A stretch of 64,000 nt of DNA, taken from UHGV virus genome UHGV-0038016. The stretch is one strand, 5' to 3'. This document shows positions 46,755 to 54,839 of the stretch, piece by piece. Every line of letters starts with the position of its first letter. Position 1 is the stretch's first letter. The notes beneath the pieces were generated by a model, which worked only from the letters and a program-made list of their open reading frames with translations, had not been told where the DNA came from and made no database searches. The DNA comes from a virus. The translations under genes were made by a program, and so were the position numbers.

Positions 46755-46818
46755 TATACGGATAGCAGGAGTCGAATCTGCACTCGCAATTTTAGAAGGA
46801 ATGTGCTTTTCCGGAGTT
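46755..46818 (-). ncRNA. Second tRNA-like fragment with a T-arm-like motif, not foldable as a canonical tRNA
   Basis: It lies in a GC-richer, non-coding stretch at 46480-46830. A GGCGGCT(A)GGTTG motif is repeated twice. Confidence 0.2.
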
Positions 46819-46822
46819 AGTT

Positions 46823-47269
46823 TTATTTATCTAATTCATTTACTTTATCTTGACTAAGCCTTGCAAGTTCAGCCATTTTAGCATCTTTTTTAGCTGACTC
46901 TGATTGTAATTGATCAAGTTGTTGTTTGTAAGTATCCGCTTCTTGTTGTTTTTTATTTACTTCTTCTTGTTTTCGGTTGATTTCTTCCTGTTTAGTGGCA
47001 ACCTCGTTTGTTTTCTGTGCTAATTGATTTTTTAAATTAGTAATTTCGTTGTTTAAATTAGCTTGATCATTCTCGTTCTGAGAAATTTTATCTTTTAAAT
47101 CATTAATTTCTCTATCCCGATTAGTGACCATATCTGCTAATTTAATAATATTGTCTCGAACTGTATTAGCGTCATCAAAAAATCCTCCACTTGCGGCAAA
47201 ACCAACTAATCCTCCACCTAGTAAGATTACTAGAGCGGCAACGAACATTAAAATCTTTTTTTTCATTAT
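46823..47269 (-). CDS. Membrane-anchored coiled-coil protein, about 148 aa
   Basis: I place the start at the internal Met (MKKKILMF), which follows the RBS AGAGGAG. An N-terminal transmembrane helix is followed by Gln/Glu/Lys-rich heptads. Confidence 0.5.
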   Translation of the reverse strand: MMKKKILMFVAALVILLGGGLVGFAASGGFFDDANTVRDNIIKLADMVTNRDREINDLKDKISQNENDQANLNNEITNLKNQLAQKTNEVATKQEEINRKQEEVNKKQQEADTYKQQLDQLQSESAKKDAKMAELARLSQDKVNELDK

Positions 47270-47314
47270 ATAAAACTCCTCTTTTTTTAGATTCGTCGAG
47301 TCTAAAAACTCAAT

Positions 47315-47375
47315 ACGGAGAGTGAGATTCGAACTCACACTGGAATGTTTGTCTCTGCCGTTGGACTATCTCCGT
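47315..47375 (-). ncRNA. Second anticodon-arm-less tRNA-like RNA, 61 nt
   Basis: Acceptor ACGGAGA/TCTCCGT is perfect. The D-like hairpin is GTC-CAACGGCAGA-GAC and the T arm is GTGAG-TTCGAAT-CTCAC. Only 12 nt separate the D and T arms. A hairpin CCTGTCC-ATGTCACT-GGACAGG lies on its 5' side. Confidence 0.45.
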
Positions 47376-47598
47376 GTTACCTGTCCATGTCACTGGACAG
47401 GAAGAAAGGAAAGTTGTGTTTATTTATCAAGAACGAAGTTTAGACCTTTTTCGAGTTCTAACGTAAACTCAAGAAAAGCACCTAGAAAAAACTCAAACGC
47501 CAACCATAATTGAACTCGTAGATTTTTCGGTTGGTATCTACGGCTCCTTACATAATCTCTTCTGTAATATTTTAATAGGTTTGCTGTATCGTTCTTTA

Positions 47599-47670
47599 TG
47601 ACGCTACCGAGATTCGAACTCGGGATTCTGGTTAGAAAGACCAGTGTCTTAACCGCTTGACCATAGCGCC
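47599..47670 (-). tRNA. tRNA with anticodon TTC (Glu-like); the loop CTTTCTA has an unusual T at position 37
   Basis: Canonical cloverleaf: acceptor GGCGCTA/TAGCGTC, D arm GTC-AAGCGGTTAA-GAC, anticodon stem CTGGT/ACCAG, T arm CCGAG-TTCGAAT-CTCGG. Confidence 0.6.
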
Positions 47671-47755
47671 AAAATGTTTGTCCAAAAGGGGAACAATACA
47701 TAATCTTCTGTACATGTTGTTCCTTAGATTTTAGGCAGACCTTGCTATTTGCATA

Positions 47756-47968
47756 CTAACAGACTTGCCAATTTTCTAACACCTTTTCTAATGATTCGTA
47801 TGGACATATTGCTGTCTTACCATGAACACCATGTATTCTCAAAATAATATAGTGTTCATTTATCTCAGAGGTAACAAAGTATATCTTGTTCTTCACTAAA
47901 CCTAAACTTCCGTTTAAACCAATGAATTTTAAATACATTATGTTGCCTCCTAAATATGTATAGCCCAT
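47756..47968 (-). CDS. Hypothetical protein, 70 aa
   Basis: ORF track. Confidence 0.4.
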   Translation of the reverse strand: MGYTYLGGNIMYLKFIGLNGSLGLVKNKIYFVTSEINEHYIILRIHGVHGKTAICPYESLEKVLENWQVC

Positions 47969-48103
47969 GAAGCATCATGGGGGGACTGTAGTATGCCCAA
48001 CCTGCGGGGATGCTCCGCTCTGAATCCGTAGAAATCAGCCACAATTCGATATTTATTTAGTGAAAAAATTAGTTACGTTCGACTGCTTGACAAAGGCAGT
48101 CTA

Positions 48104-48187
48104 TGGAGGACAAGGGATTCGAACCCCCAATGTATCTTACGTCATGGTTTTACAGACCACTTGCTTCACCAATTTGCATAATCCTCC
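48104..48187 (-). tRNA. tRNA-Tyr (GTA), type II with a long variable arm
   Basis: Anticodon stem GTGGT/ACCAT with loop CTGTAAA; acceptor GGAGGAT/GTCCTCC; T arm GGGGG-TTCGAAT-CCCTT. Confidence 0.7.
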
Positions 48188-48209
48188 AAATACTGGGGAG
48201 GTACCTTCC

Positions 48210-48295
48210 CCAAAAACAAGAATCTATCTTTTGTGTGCTACCATTACACCATATAAGTTGTACCAAACTTATACTAGGGGTCGAACCTAGACCTT
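48210..48295 (-). ncRNA. Degenerate tRNA-like remnant, with a D-arm-like GGTGTAATGGTAGCAC and two unmatched T-arm-like hairpins
   Basis: I could not fold it as a cloverleaf; it is probably decayed. Confidence 0.2.
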
Positions 48296-48347
48296 ATTTT
48301 TTCCCAAATATTATTAAAAGTATTAATATTTGCTGTAAGATTCTTTA

Positions 48348-48431
48348 AGGAGAGTAAGGGAATCGAACCCTTGAACGTGTTACCGCCAAATGTTTTCAAG
48401 ACATTCTTCCTTTAGCCAACAGGGACTCTCC
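48348..48431 (-). tRNA. tRNA-Ser (TGA), type II
   Basis: Anticodon stem AATGT/ACATT with loop CTTGAAA; long variable arm; T arm AAGGG-TTCGATT-CCCTT; acceptor GGAGAGT/ACTCTCC. The 22-nt trailer TAAAGAATCTTACAGCAAATAT follows. Confidence 0.7.
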
Positions 48432-48440
48432 ATTTTATTA

Positions 48441-48523
48441 TACAAGAGGTGGGACTTGAACCCACACGTTATGAAAACGCTAGATCCTAAATCTAGTGCG
48501 TCTGCCAATTCCGCCACTCTCGC
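48441..48523 (-). tRNA. tRNA-Leu (TAG), type II
   Basis: Close overall match to Bacillus-type tRNA-Leu: D region GCGGAATTGGCAGACGC and anticodon arm CTAGA-TTTAGGA-TCTAG. Confidence 0.8.
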
Positions 48524-48529
48524 AAAATA

Positions 48530-48600
48530 CTCACCCAGCAGGATTCGAACCTACAAGAACTGGTTAACAGCCAGTCATGATACCATTTCATCATAGGTGA
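48530..48600 (-). tRNA. tRNA-Asn (GTT)
   Basis: D stem ATGA/TCAT; anticodon stem ACTGG/CCAGT with loop CTGTTAA; T arm GTAGG-TTCGAAT-CCTGC. Confidence 0.75.
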
Positions 48601-48659
48601 ATGTTTAAACGTGTTGGAATAAATCCCTTCACGCCCAACGTTCTAATACGTTGTTTCAA

Positions 48660-48734
48660 TCAGGGTAGCTGGATTTGAACCAACAATCTCTGCATCCCAA
48701 ATGCAGCGGATTAACCAAATTCTCCTATACCCTG
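48660..48734 (-). tRNA. tRNA-Pro (TGG)
   Basis: A C1-G72 acceptor (CAGGGTA/TACCCTG) is typical of bacterial tRNA-Pro. Anticodon stem CTGCA/TGCAG with loop TTTGGGA. Confidence 0.8.
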
Positions 48735-48781
48735 GTGTATCCCCAATAAAATATGGGGATATTTAATTAGGACATTTTGTC

Positions 48782-49174
48782 CTACTTTTCATCAGAAACT
48801 AATTCAGTTCCTTTCTTTTTATATCCAATATGATCTTTATTGCTAGTAGCTTGACTTACTTTATCTACTTCGTCTCCAACTAAACGCATAATTGCTGACA
48901 TTTTTTGAGGAGAAACTTCGATTCCAACTGCATTTGCAATTTCGCCACTATCATAAGCGATTCCATCTTCTGCATCATTATGGAAAAACTCAATTACTAA
49001 AGCAGCGATGTGCTTATTTTCTTTTTGAACTTTAGTATCAACATTCCGACGACTTGCGTTACGAGCTTCAATTCTTTGAGCATCTTCCAATAACATTTCT
49101 GCATATTCAGGAGCATTTACTTCCAACAATTTTGCTGCGTTACGATACATATCTGCTTTAGTTTGTTTTTCCAT
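48782..49174 (-). CDS. Member 3 of the paralog family, 130 aa; putative DNA-binding protein
   Basis: Begins MEKQ and has the conserved C-terminal SPQKMSAIMRLVG ... HIGYKKK. Confidence 0.55.
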   Translation of the reverse strand: MEKQTKADMYRNAAKLLEVNAPEYAEMLLEDAQRIEARNASRRNVDTKVQKENKHIAALVIEFFHNDAEDGIAYDSGEIANAVGIEVSPQKMSAIMRLVGDEVDKVSQATSNKDHIGYKKKGTELVSDEK

Positions 49175-49261
49175 GATGAATCTCTCCTTTTAAAATAAGT
49201 TTTTTTTATTTCTTTTTACATATTAATTATAACATTTTGAAAGATTTTTTTCAAATATGTT

Positions 49262-49831
49262 TTAAGACTTAACTATAACCAATTCTTTATCAACTATCAA
49301 ACCACCACATGAAGTGTGAATATAACGATTATTTAATCGTCTATTTGAAAGATTAGATGCTCCGCACTTATCACATTCAGAATGAACTTTAAATGTTAAA
49401 AGAGGTGTTGTTGGAGCTAGTTGTAGCTTTTTATTAGTTGCTCCTGACGAAAGTGAATCAATATAAGACAACAATTTTTCAAATTCAGGCTCTCCATCGC
49501 TGTATTTACGCCCACTTTTATGTAAATACCAGTGAGCAAGTTCGTGTTTCAAAACTTTTTCAAATAAAGATTCGTCTTTTGCAAGATATAGAGCGATCTT
49601 TGTAAACTGACCAGACATTTCGATTTTATTTTCGCTAGGGGAATATCTACCATATGTTCTAGTAAGTCGGTTATTGATAAAAAAAGTTGGAGCATTTGTC
49701 TCTTGGCTAGAGAAGAATTGATCAATGATTTTATCTCCCATTTCACTGATCTTTTCTAAAGCTTCAATTTTCTGTTTACCACTAATAGTTCTTGGATAAT
49801 CTAAACTAAAATTCCCAACTATAGTTGACAT
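49262..49831 (-). CDS. SprT-like zinc metalloprotease domain protein, 189 aa
   Basis: HELAHWYLH is an HExxH motif, and a C-terminal Cys cluster is present. Confidence 0.55.
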   Translation of the reverse strand: MSTIVGNFSLDYPRTISGKQKIEALEKISEMGDKIIDQFFSSQETNAPTFFINNRLTRTYGRYSPSENKIEMSGQFTKIALYLAKDESLFEKVLKHELAHWYLHKSGRKYSDGEPEFEKLLSYIDSLSSGATNKKLQLAPTTPLLTFKVHSECDKCGASNLSNRRLNNRYIHTSCGGLIVDKELVIVKS

Positions 49832-49857
49832 TGTACTCCTCCTTTTAATAAAATTAA

Positions 49858-49929
49858 TGACTTGTACAGGATTTGCACCTGTGATTCCCGAGTGAAAGTC
49901 GAGCGTCTTAACTTCTTGACCAACAAGCC
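49858..49929 (-). tRNA. tRNA-Glu (TTC), with the loop CTTTCAC
   Basis: Acceptor GGCTTGT/ACAAGTC, D arm GTC-AAGAAGTTAA-GAC, anticodon stem CTCGA/TCGGG, and an unusual T loop TGCAAAT. Confidence 0.65.
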
Positions 49930-49960
49930 GTTTTATATTTCTTATCTTTATTATATAATA

Positions 49961-49989
49961 ATTATAACATATTATGCTTAAAATGTCAA
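49961..49989 (-). promoter_or_regulatory. Perfect-consensus promoter (TTGACA, 17 bp spacer, TGTTATAAT) for tRNA-Glu
   Basis: Read directly from the sequence. Confidence 0.65.
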
Positions 49990-50059
49990 ATTATTTTTTC
50001 CCTTTCGGGATAAGGACTGGCTAAAATGAATTAGCTCAAGTCCCTGTTTGATTGAGATA

Positions 50060-50185
50060 GTAGGATTCGAACCTACACTACACCGTCATGTATAAGGTGA
50101 AGGGATAGCGAATCCTCATATTCTTGAGGTTGGACTCGAACCAACGTTTCATGGAAGATTAAACCATGCGTCTTTCCTTTTTAAG
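50060..50185 (-). ncRNA. Two adjacent tRNA-like sequences with canonical T arms (GTAGG-TTCGAAT-CCTAC and GTTGG-TTCGAGT-CCAAC) but irregular acceptor and anticodon regions. One has an apparent 9-nt loop, TTTAATCTT.
   Basis: They are driven by their own TTGAAA-17-TGTTATAAT promoter at 50216-50244. I could not obtain a fully canonical cloverleaf for either. Confidence 0.3.
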
Positions 50186-50245
50186 ACCACTCAAGTAACT
50201 TTATCTTATATAAATATTATAACATGTTATTCATATTTTTTCAAG

Positions 50246-50776
50246 TTATGTGTTTTGACCAGTCATATATTCTGTCAAACCATCAAAAACAACTTTTCCA
50301 TCACTTACCGCCAAAAACATCTGACCTGTTTCAAATGGATTTTCAATAATAATTGTATATCCACTACCAAGAGTATCTTGTAAACCTAAGGATGTTTGTT
50401 GAACATTTTGAACTAAATTAGTCCATACATCTAAACTTAATGTGCCATCCATGATAGCTGCCATTTCTTGCGTAAATTGAGGGTCTGTTGGTGTAATAAT
50501 ATAATATTTCTTTACAGAATCAAAACGAACCGGTCCTGTTGATTGAAAACTTTGTTGAAAAGCATCTAAAACTTGTTGTTCTAGTGTAGATAATTGAACC
50601 TCATCTTTTTTATAAGGTTCTTTTTGTTCAGACGATTCTACTGTACTACTTTCTACTGTCTGTTCAGTAGAATTTTCGCTTTTCCATTGCTCATCAGGAA
50701 CTTCCCCTTTAGTACATCCTACTAAACCTAAACCAAACATTGCAACAATTGAGAACCCTACTAAACTTTTTTTCAT
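50246..50776 (-). CDS. Putative lipoprotein, 176 aa
   Basis: Signal peptide with an LVGC lipobox; preceded by the conserved promoter-leader. Confidence 0.55.
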   Translation of the reverse strand: MKKSLVGFSIVAMFGLGLVGCTKGEVPDEQWKSENSTEQTVESSTVESSEQKEPYKKDEVQLSTLEQQVLDAFQQSFQSTGPVRFDSVKKYYIITPTDPQFTQEMAAIMDGTLSLDVWTNLVQNVQQTSLGLQDTLGSGYTIIIENPFETGQMFLAVSDGKVVFDGLTEYMTGQNT

Positions 50777-50829
50777 TTAAAATTTCCTCCTTATTTAACT
50801 TTATAATTAATTATATCATTTTATATTTT

Positions 50830-51282
50830 TTATTTCAAATCTGAATATTTTTTGCTAAGTTCAAATATATCTTCAATACTAAGTTCTTTATTATCTTTAA
50901 ATCGTTCTTCAAAAATAGGATTTTTCATACTTTTTCTACATAAATCCATTGTCTGTTCTTCCAAAAGAGGAAGAATAATAGGATTTAAGTGGGAAAAATC
51001 CATATCCCTTAGATAAAAATTGCTAAAAGAATTAGTAAAAATCCTTTCCGCTCCAAAAACACCATATCGAAGAAATATAGCTTCAGACCGAGGACCATAC
51101 CTTGATGGTGTAAATCTATCAAGCTCAAATTTATATAATTCTTCAAAGGTATCTTTATCTATTAAATTTAATTTTAGTCCTTGTAGTACAGTATAATACG
51201 TGATTTTTTGTAACTGTAAGTGATAAACATATTTTTTACGTTCTAAACTCACATCTACAATATGAGAGGCTAACTCTATCAT
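50830..51282 (-). CDS. Hypothetical protein, 150 aa
   Basis: ORF track; preceded by the conserved promoter-leader. Confidence 0.5.
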   Translation of the reverse strand: MIELASHIVDVSLERKKYVYHLQLQKITYYTVLQGLKLNLIDKDTFEELYKFELDRFTPSRYGPRSEAIFLRYGVFGAERIFTNSFSNFYLRDMDFSHLNPIILPLLEEQTMDLCRKSMKNPIFEERFKDNKELSIEDIFELSKKYSDLK

Positions 51283-51355
51283 TTTTACCTCCTTATTTAA
51301 CTTTATAATTAATTATATCATTTTAAATTAAAAATTTCAATTAAAGAATACCTTT

Positions 51356-51613
51356 TTACAGGCATTCTTTAATTTTTTTGGCAATAGATTCTACCATAGC
51401 ATTATCAGAATATAAATCTTCCTTAGTAAGATAATCTTTTCTTTGACAAATAAAAACATTTTCTAACCCCAAAAATACTTTGATTAAACTATTATATCCC
51501 TGATCTGGAGTATCATCTCGGAAAATAGCATCAATAGTATAACCCTGTAAATCTTTTAATGATAAAATATCCTTAACCTGCTCCGTACTAAAATAATCCA
51601 TCATTATCTCCAC
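51356..51613 (-). CDS. Hypothetical protein, 85 aa
   Basis: ORF track. Confidence 0.45.
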   Translation of the reverse strand: MEIMMDYFSTEQVKDILSLKDLQGYTIDAIFRDDTPDQGYNSLIKVFLGLENVFICQRKDYLTKEDLYSDNAMVESIAKKIKECL

Positions 51614-52494
51614 GCTCCTATATTTACATTTCTCATTAAATTAGCAATTGTCAAAGGTCCAACCCCACCTGGCACTGGAGAAAGATTGCCATTCCAACCT
51701 TCTTTTTTCAAAGAATCAAAATCTACATCTCCAACTAACTTTCCAGATTCATCAAAATTAATGCCAACATCTATAACAGTAGCATTATCTTTAATGAAAT
51801 CACTATCTATAAAGTTAGCTTTTCCAATTGCTACCACTAATATATCACATTGTTTGCTAAGAGAAGCTAAATTCTTTTTATCAGTATAGGAGTTCATGCT
51901 AATGACAGTTGCATTTTCTTCCAAAAGAAGAGGAATAAGTGGCTTTCCGACTAAATTGGAACGACCAAGGATACCTACTGTTTTCCCTTCTATTGGGATA
52001 TTATAATATTTTAGCATATCTACTACTCCATGTGCTGTTGCTGGGACAAAATTTAGGTCAGTTCTGCTTCCATCTAGTAGACGTCCTAAATTATAATGTG
52101 TTAAACCGTCAACATCAAATTCTGGGGGAATTACACGCAAAAATGTATCTTCCATAAAGCGATCAAATTCAAAAGGAAGTTGAACAAATATACCAGATAC
52201 TTTGTCTCGATTAGGAATCTTTGTTAAAGATATAAGCTCCTCTAAAATTTTATTAACCTTTTCTTTAGTTTCAGCCTTATGTAGCTGAGTTGGAATACCT
52301 AGAGATTCAGCTTTTTTAATCTTATTTTTGATATAGCGATTAGATTCCTCTAGATCTCCAATCTGGAAAATATGCAAAACTTTTTTATTTGGATAATGAA
52401 TATCTTTATAAATTGAATCTGCTACTGGTTTACCATATAATAAATTAATTGACACTGTTTTCCTCCTCTTTAATAAATCTATAACTACCATCAC
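51604..52494 (-). CDS. folD: Bifunctional 5,10-methylene-tetrahydrofolate dehydrogenase/cyclohydrolase (FolD)
   Basis: GKTVGILGRSNLVGKPL is a Rossmann motif in the FolD context, and the length of about 296 aa fits. Confidence 0.7.
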   Translation of the reverse strand: MMVVIDLLKRRKTVSINLLYGKPVADSIYKDIHYPNKKVLHIFQIGDLEESNRYIKNKIKKAESLGIPTQLHKAETKEKVNKILEELISLTKIPNRDKVSGIFVQLPFEFDRFMEDTFLRVIPPEFDVDGLTHYNLGRLLDGSRTDLNFVPATAHGVVDMLKYYNIPIEGKTVGILGRSNLVGKPLIPLLLEENATVISMNSYTDKKNLASLSKQCDILVVAIGKANFIDSDFIKDNATVIDVGINFDESGKLVGDVDFDSLKKEGWNGNLSPVPGGVGPLTIANLMRNVNIGAWR

Positions 52495-52684
52495 TATTTT
52501 TTATCATAGATATATTATTTAATCTTTTTCTAACTTCTTCAATTTTTCTTTGTTCTTCTTCAGAGTATTCGTGAGTACCATGAATCTTCGCCATCCAGAT
52601 TTCATATTCTTCTTGCGTCCAATAACCAATTGTTTCGCCTCCACTTGAGATTGTATATTTTATATCTTTATCCATTAATCCCAC
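52445..52684 (-). CDS. Hypothetical protein, 79 aa
   Basis: ORF track. Confidence 0.4.
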   Translation of the reverse strand: MGLMDKDIKYTISSGGETIGYWTQEEYEIWMAKIHGTHEYSEEEQRKIEEVRKRLNNISMIKNSDGSYRFIKEEENSVN

Positions 52685-52896
52685 TTCCCTTTATGTTTGG
52701 GCTTCCTTTTATACGAGCCTTTACCCTTTTTTGGCTTAATAGCTCCTACTCCACGAGAAACCTTTTGTAGGTAATCTCCTACTTCATCCAATTTCATTTT
52801 ATGAGAAGGTTTAATTTTCATGGAACTCCACTCTCCTTTATTTTTATATTTCTATGTAAAAAGGGAATTATAAAAATTCCCTTTCAATATTATATG

Positions 52897-53124
52897 TTAT
52901 TTAAAAGCACTAGTAAATTTTAGTGTACCTAATTTAGCTGCTTGTGCTTCAATATCATTTAAAGCATCAATACGATTAGTAAAATCAGAAGTTACTAAAA
53001 TATCAATTGGACGAGAAATTTCTTGAACCTCAGAAGCCCAACGTCCTTTTGAATCTTTTGTGCGTACTACCTCAGATACTTTTTTACTTGTTGAAACAAC
53101 TCCATAAAATTTTGTTTTCTTCAT
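52897..53124 (-). CDS. Hypothetical protein, 75 aa
   Basis: ORF track; a TTGATT-17-TATAAT promoter lies upstream. Confidence 0.45.
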   Translation of the reverse strand: MKKTKFYGVVSTSKKVSEVVRTKDSKGRWASEVQEISRPIDILVTSDFTNRIDALNDIEAQAAKLGTLKFTSAFK

Positions 53125-53190
53125 AATGTTTTTCTCCTTTTTATCATTTATTATAATAATATTATATCATCTTATTCCAAAAAAATCAAA

Positions 53191-53775
53191 TTAAAACACT
53201 TTAACAAACCAGCCTTCAGAATTTTTGATGACCTGGTATCCTTCTGCCAAGAAAGCATCAACCACTTTTAAAATTAAATCTAAAGAGGAATACAAAGAAG
53301 GGAAAAATTTGTGTAAATCAGAAAGTTTACCAAATTGAATTAATCCATCTAATGTTGGATTTAATCCTAGAACATAAGAAGTATAATCCTCTAAGGCTTT
53401 TGGTATAATAGTTCGATATGCAATATCTAAATCTTGTTTTGAATATTCTAATTGGTCTATACTATTAGTATTAAGTTTTTTATATAGTCCGTCGTGGGTT
53501 TCTATAAAGAAATCTTTTGAATACATATAATTTACATATTCTCCATGATTATCAATTAAACCAAAATCATAGCAAATATCTTCTCCTTCTTCAGGATACC
53601 ATTTTTCGATTAGATTATCTAATCTAGGATCTGGTAAATTATTTAATTCTAAAGACTCAAATTCTTCCATAAATTTTAACCATCTCAAAAATTCACCTTT
53701 AAAATTAAATTCGAGTTTTACAAAAGTTTGGTTATAGGAAGTTCTTTCCATTAAAACATATGCGATAATTTTCAC
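53191..53775 (-). CDS. Hypothetical protein, 194 aa
   Basis: ORF track. Confidence 0.5.
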   Translation of the reverse strand: MKIIAYVLMERTSYNQTFVKLEFNFKGEFLRWLKFMEEFESLELNNLPDPRLDNLIEKWYPEEGEDICYDFGLIDNHGEYVNYMYSKDFFIETHDGLYKKLNTNSIDQLEYSKQDLDIAYRTIIPKALEDYTSYVLGLNPTLDGLIQFGKLSDLHKFFPSLYSSLDLILKVVDAFLAEGYQVIKNSEGWFVKVF

Positions 53776-53790
53776 TATATTAATCTCCTT

Positions 53791-54192
53791 TTACAACAAT
53801 TGGAATTTTTTGGTAAAATCTACTAGATTATCTTTTGGTTGTGGAAAAAAACCAACAGCCGTTAATGAACCTGAAGGAATCTCAGTTAAACCATTATCCC
53901 TAATATATACTGCTCCCATATCAATTGCTTTAAGCAAATCTTTTTCTTTGGCTCGTAAGATAATTTTTGTTTGGGATCCAGAATAAAACCAATCATAATA
54001 ATTATTGGTTATTTCTTTTTCTTTATCAAAACGAATACCCATAATATCTTCGTCAAGAATTTCTTCTGATGAAACTAATTCAAAAATTTTATTATCAATA
54101 ACTGTTTGTACATGAGCAACTTGACCAGCGATTTTACCAACACTCATATTTAATTCTTTATTAACTAAAATATATTCTACAATTTTTCCCAT
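53791..54192 (-). CDS. Hypothetical protein, 133 aa
   Basis: ORF track. Confidence 0.5.
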   Translation of the reverse strand: MGKIVEYILVNKELNMSVGKIAGQVAHVQTVIDNKIFELVSSEEILDEDIMGIRFDKEKEITNNYYDWFYSGSQTKIILRAKEKDLLKAIDMGAVYIRDNGLTEIPSGSLTAVGFFPQPKDNLVDFTKKFQLL

Positions 54193-54227
54193 TTTATTAT
54201 CTCCTTTTTAAGTATATATTAATTATA

Positions 54228-54743
54228 TCATTTTTTACGATAAAAATCAATAAATTCACAATCTTCTTGCTTTTGGAAACTCTTCATGGTATAATTATCA
54301 TAATCTATTTCTGGAAAATACGTATCTGCTAATTTTGATTCATAAAATTTTGTTAAATAAAGCCTATCCCAGTAATATTGAGTTTGAGCATATAATCTTC
54401 CTCCTCCAATAATTACAATAATATCTGAAGACAATGAATGAATCTCCAAGAGAGCAAGAAACATGGACTCGTCTATAACTTTTAAATTGTCATTGTTTTT
54501 CATAGCTGTCTGGAGTTTTTTTGATATTCCTCTTTCCATATCAAGAACTACTGTATTCATCCTGTTGGGTAATGCTTCTACTGGCAGAGATTCCCAAGTT
54601 TTATACCCCATATAAATATTTCTATTCCAAGTTAGAGTTTTAAATCTTTTCATATCTTCTGAAGAATGGTAAATTAATTTATTATTTAACCCTAACTCTC
54701 CATTTGGTCCAATTGCTGCTACAGCATAAATCAATAAAAACAC
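54228..54743 (-). CDS. Dihydrofolate reductase
   Basis: N-terminal IYAVAAIGPNGELGLNNKL and the following FKTLT/GYKTWESLP follow the DHFR fold pattern. Confidence 0.65.
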   Translation of the reverse strand: MFLLIYAVAAIGPNGELGLNNKLIYHSSEDMKRFKTLTWNRNIYMGYKTWESLPVEALPNRMNTVVLDMERGISKKLQTAMKNNDNLKVIDESMFLALLEIHSLSSDIIVIIGGGRLYAQTQYYWDRLYLTKFYESKLADTYFPEIDYDNYTMKSFQKQEDCEFIDFYRKK

Positions 54744-54839
54744 TTCCTTTTTTTTATTCTATTTGTTATTATTATAACAAATTTATCTATAAAAAGCAAA
54801 AAAATACCCTTATTTCTAAGGGTATTTTTAATCTTATTT

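Noticed and set aside
46480-46830. Possible tmRNA
   Set aside because: I looked for a tag-peptide reading frame ending in ...LAA/AA-stop and for a tRNA-Ala-like acceptor with a G3:U70 pair and found neither. The tRNA-like parts are adjacent rather than separated by about 300 nt.
48190-48215. GGGGAGGTACCTTCCCC hairpin as a terminator
   Set aside because: No T-run or A-run follows on either strand. It appears to be part of a degenerate tRNA-like remnant instead.
48060-48596. Plus-strand ORFs 48060-48290, 48103-48348 and 48390-48596
   Set aside because: They run antisense through the tRNA-Tyr, tRNA-Ser, tRNA-Leu and tRNA-Asn genes and are artefacts of GC-rich tRNA sequence.
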